A DNA stretch of 63,346 nt, the filler included, from Stramenopiles sp. TOSAG23-6 (lineage: Eukaryota), in NCBI GenBank assembly GCA_900128565.1. It is 20 parts of 20 records of this genome, joined end to end, with 100 filler letters (N's around TTAATTAATTAA, not from the genome) between each part and the next. Parts side by side here need not be neighbours in the genome. Positions count along the whole stretch, not along the records: positions 60,294 to 63,346 come from LT637674.1; 19 more parts are not named here. The stretch is one strand, 5' to 3'. Under the pieces are notes generated by a model, which had not been told where the DNA came from, did no database searches, and saw nothing but the letters and a program-made list of their open reading frames with translations. Both the position numbers and the translations under genes were made by a program. Below, in pieces: positions 60,364-63,346 of the stretch. Within the stretch, counting starts at the first letter, position 1, and each line of letters opens with the position of its first letter.

Positions 60364-61083
60364 AACCCAAAAGGAAATCAGCATGACTAAAATGAGAACA
60401 CCAAAAAAATATTCTAATTTTTTCACACCAAAGTAATGAATGGCTAGAAAAGTAAACGTATCAAACCCCGTGATGAGACAACCAATCCATAAATCGAGTT
60501 TAAAAAGAACCTTAAATGCTATTGCAGAACCAACAACTTCTTGAATATCACTTCCAATAATGGCTAGCTCAGTCATTAACCAAAGACCAATTGATACTGG
60601 ACGGGAATACTCCTTACGGCATATTTGCGCAAGATTCTTTCCTGTTACCACACCTAAACGTGCACTGAGAGTTTGCAGTACTAACCCTAACACGTGACAC
60701 CAAAATAAAACCCATACACAGTGATAACCTGAATAAGCTCCTGCCTGAAGGTCACTTTCGATGTTTCCAGGATCAAGATATGCAATGGACATGAGCCAAC
60801 CTGGACCAGAGTAAGCCAATAAAAGACGCCAAGAAAACCACTTACGATCTTCCTCTATGCCACAATCGACGTCCACTTCTGAATTTGAGGAATAATCATG
60901 CACATTAGATCGATTACACTCACTCTCTGACGAAGCGGTTATTTCTGGCTCTAGACAATCTCTCTCTGGGTCAGTTCTGCTACAGTCGTCATCACTAACC
61001 TGTAACGAAGTGGCTATTGGAGAACTTAGACTCCCATTGGCTGCGTCAGACATTGAGTATGTACCGGAAACACTTTCCGGCAT
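60364..61083 (-). CDS. NRAMP metal transporter, 3'-partial
   Basis: GPGWLMSIAYLDPGNIESDLQAGA, ARLGVVTG, ELAIIGSDIQEVVGSAIA. Confidence 0.95.
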
Positions 61084-62426
61084 TCGTGATGTGAGTGTGT
61101 GTGCTTCTTAATTTTGATATATCACAATTATTTCTAACTGTAATGTAGTTAATTGTAATACGGGTGAAAACTCATTTTCTTTTGTGTTTCGATAGACAGT
61201 GTTGGTGTCATGATTCAGTGGCTGTCAAAAAAAAGGACGGTGACTCGCGACACGTGTCATCATAATAAGCGCTCTGTTTTGAAACTTTTGATATATATAT
61301 TTATGAGATAATATTTTTCCTACATTACAATTTGTGCATGTCATCTAAAATCATAACATGCTGGGATGGGTCTCTTCAGCTTTACAAATCGACTCACAAT
61401 TATATGTGTTAATAATTCATTGGAAATATTTTATTTTCCAAGCAAATTTTTTTTTAAAATGTGAACAATTGTGTTTTTGCGCTATTACTTACTTTATAAG
61501 GAAAACTTTAAAAATCTTCTGAGTAAACAAATAATATCATAGTAACATCAAACATGTATTATACTCAAGCAAATAAAATATATAGTTTGGTATTCAAGTG
61601 TTTTCCTCACATTCCAAAATTTTTCTCTAACTCTACGTGTGGTTCTATAACATTTTCTTCATTATCGAATGGGCTTCGGAACATATCACAAGTATCAAAC
61701 TCTGTTACCTTGCCGAGGAGAGAATCCAAACCAGAAAAATTACTTTTCAGACCTGGATGCCGCTGGAATTGTGCCAATATGGTGGCATCTTCTTGGCGTC
61801 GGACAGCAGCGTGACGTCCATAAACTGTGCGGAGCATTTTAAGCTCTCTTTTCCATTCATCAGCCGACGCCTGTACAGTAAAAAGTATAAAGCAATGAAG
61901 TTAAAGAGTGAGTGATTCAATTTGGATACTATTACTACAAGATGTGCGGATTATATTCAACTGAATATTTTCTGCAAAGTTGGTGATATGATAAATCTAC
62001 AAGTTAGATAACTTACGTTGGTTTGGATTTTGTCAACTGGGTGATGGGGTGCGTGTTTTATATGCTGAGCTGTAGAGGTGACACTTTCGGTGGACATTAC
62101 GCTGGGTGGACCACATCCTCTCACATTAGGAAGACTCATTGCTATAGGTATTAACTTAAAATGTAAACGAAATGCGTAATCGGGATGTAGTCTCTTGGGG
62201 GAGGGTGTTTGATTTTTCAGTCTATGCGACTTTCTCTCGAGTCGACAGACAAAAGTCGTCGAATATTGAAATTCGTCGTGAGAAATCAATAAATTGGAAA
62301 ATATTGGCTTGGAATTCGTGTTATTTTTACATTTTGCTTATTTTACATTTTTTTCGTGTTTACAATGAATGAAAGACAAATAACATAAATAACATATTTG
62401 AGATTTTTTTGTTTTTTGCCTTTATT

Positions 62427-63112
62427 CTAAACATTATTTCCCTTTTCTATAACAAAAGTTTTTATTTTAGATAAAAACTTTCTTGTAATATATCGTAACT
62501 GAAATGAACCCTTTAAATGAACATTATTTGACATTTGATTTTCTCTGAGAAGAAATCGTTTAATATTTTGATTTGAAATAATATCGCGTATTTCCATTTT
62601 TATATTTTGGAAATATTCCTTCGCTAAATGTATTGTAAAAAAATATGCGACAAAAAAAAATTGTTAGGTAGAGAATTTGTTTTATGAAAAAGCAAAACTG
62701 AAATTAAAAAAATTGAAATTTCAAATGAAAATATACATGAAAAAATATTTCAAAAATTTAAACTTTTTGTTAGGTACAAAATTTCGTAGTAAAAATGAAA
62801 ATATACATGATGAGGTACATTTCTATCTGATAATACTTTTAATTTTGTTGTTGTCCAATTAAATTGAAATTTTTTCCATCTTTTATAAAATTGATTTGCC
62901 AAGGAAATCAATCTAGTATCATTCTTCAACGTACCTAGAGCAAAATTTTGTATATTTTGATGATACTTTGCTTTTGATGAGGCAATTGCAAACATAACCA
63001 TAATCATGTATTTTGGAAAAATATTTCAAAAAAAAAAATTCATTGGGTACAAAATTTCGTATGAAAAATAAATTCGAATTTGAAAAAAATAAAACATACA
63101 TATTCTGCCGTA
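62427..63112 (-). CDS. Hypothetical protein 3' part: micro-exon 63100-63112, exons 62807-63005 and 62427-62627
   Basis: Removing family introns gives a continuous frame to a TAG; no recognisable motif. Confidence 0.55.
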
Positions 63113-63346
63113 CTGAGTTGATGAAAAAATATTTCAAATTTCAAATTTGTTATTGTATTAGGTATGAAATATTTTTTTTACAAAAAAAAAAAGTACATTT
63201 GAAATTTAGGATGAAAAGTTAATTTTCATAGCCAAAAAAAAAAAAAATTAAGTATAAAATTTTCATAGCAAAAAAAAAAAAAAAAAAATCCAAAAAAAAA
63301 AAAAAAAAAAAAAAAACAAAAAAAAAAAAAAAAAAAAAAAAAAAAA

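Overview
This is AT-rich eukaryotic DNA, probably from a flagellated protist (CFAP58, BART, AP2, PLAC8 and U-box genes). It is not one locus: about 20 unrelated ~3.1 kb contigs are joined by N-TTAATTAATTAA-N linkers, so no synteny can be read across linkers. Genes or gene fragments include NAGK, Flower/TVP18, HYOU1 (assembled twice), an aldo-keto reductase, NFS1, MFS/CDF/ENT/ABCC/NRAMP transporters, TCP11, an ASCC3-like helicase, DENN, a CHD helicase, BOP1, ARM and MYND proteins, a peroxiredoxin, IQ proteins, AP2 and CFAP58. The main finding is an unusual intron system. Most introns start with U2-like GTAYGT donors but end in AT rather than AG. By my manual reconstruction about 25 end in AT, 8 in AG, one in TT, and possibly one each in AC and AA. 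Several AT junctions are fixed by strongly conserved protein motifs with no usable AG. The 3' splice site lies at a nearly fixed distance (usually 14 nt, range 12-15) after an ATATT motif, and nearer AGs appear to be skipped, which suggests ruler-type acceptor selection. Most introns belong to one repeated introner-like family with a TTCGTACGAAATTTTGTACCTAAC core and complementary ends. All splice calls come from reading-frame and motif restoration, not from transcripts.
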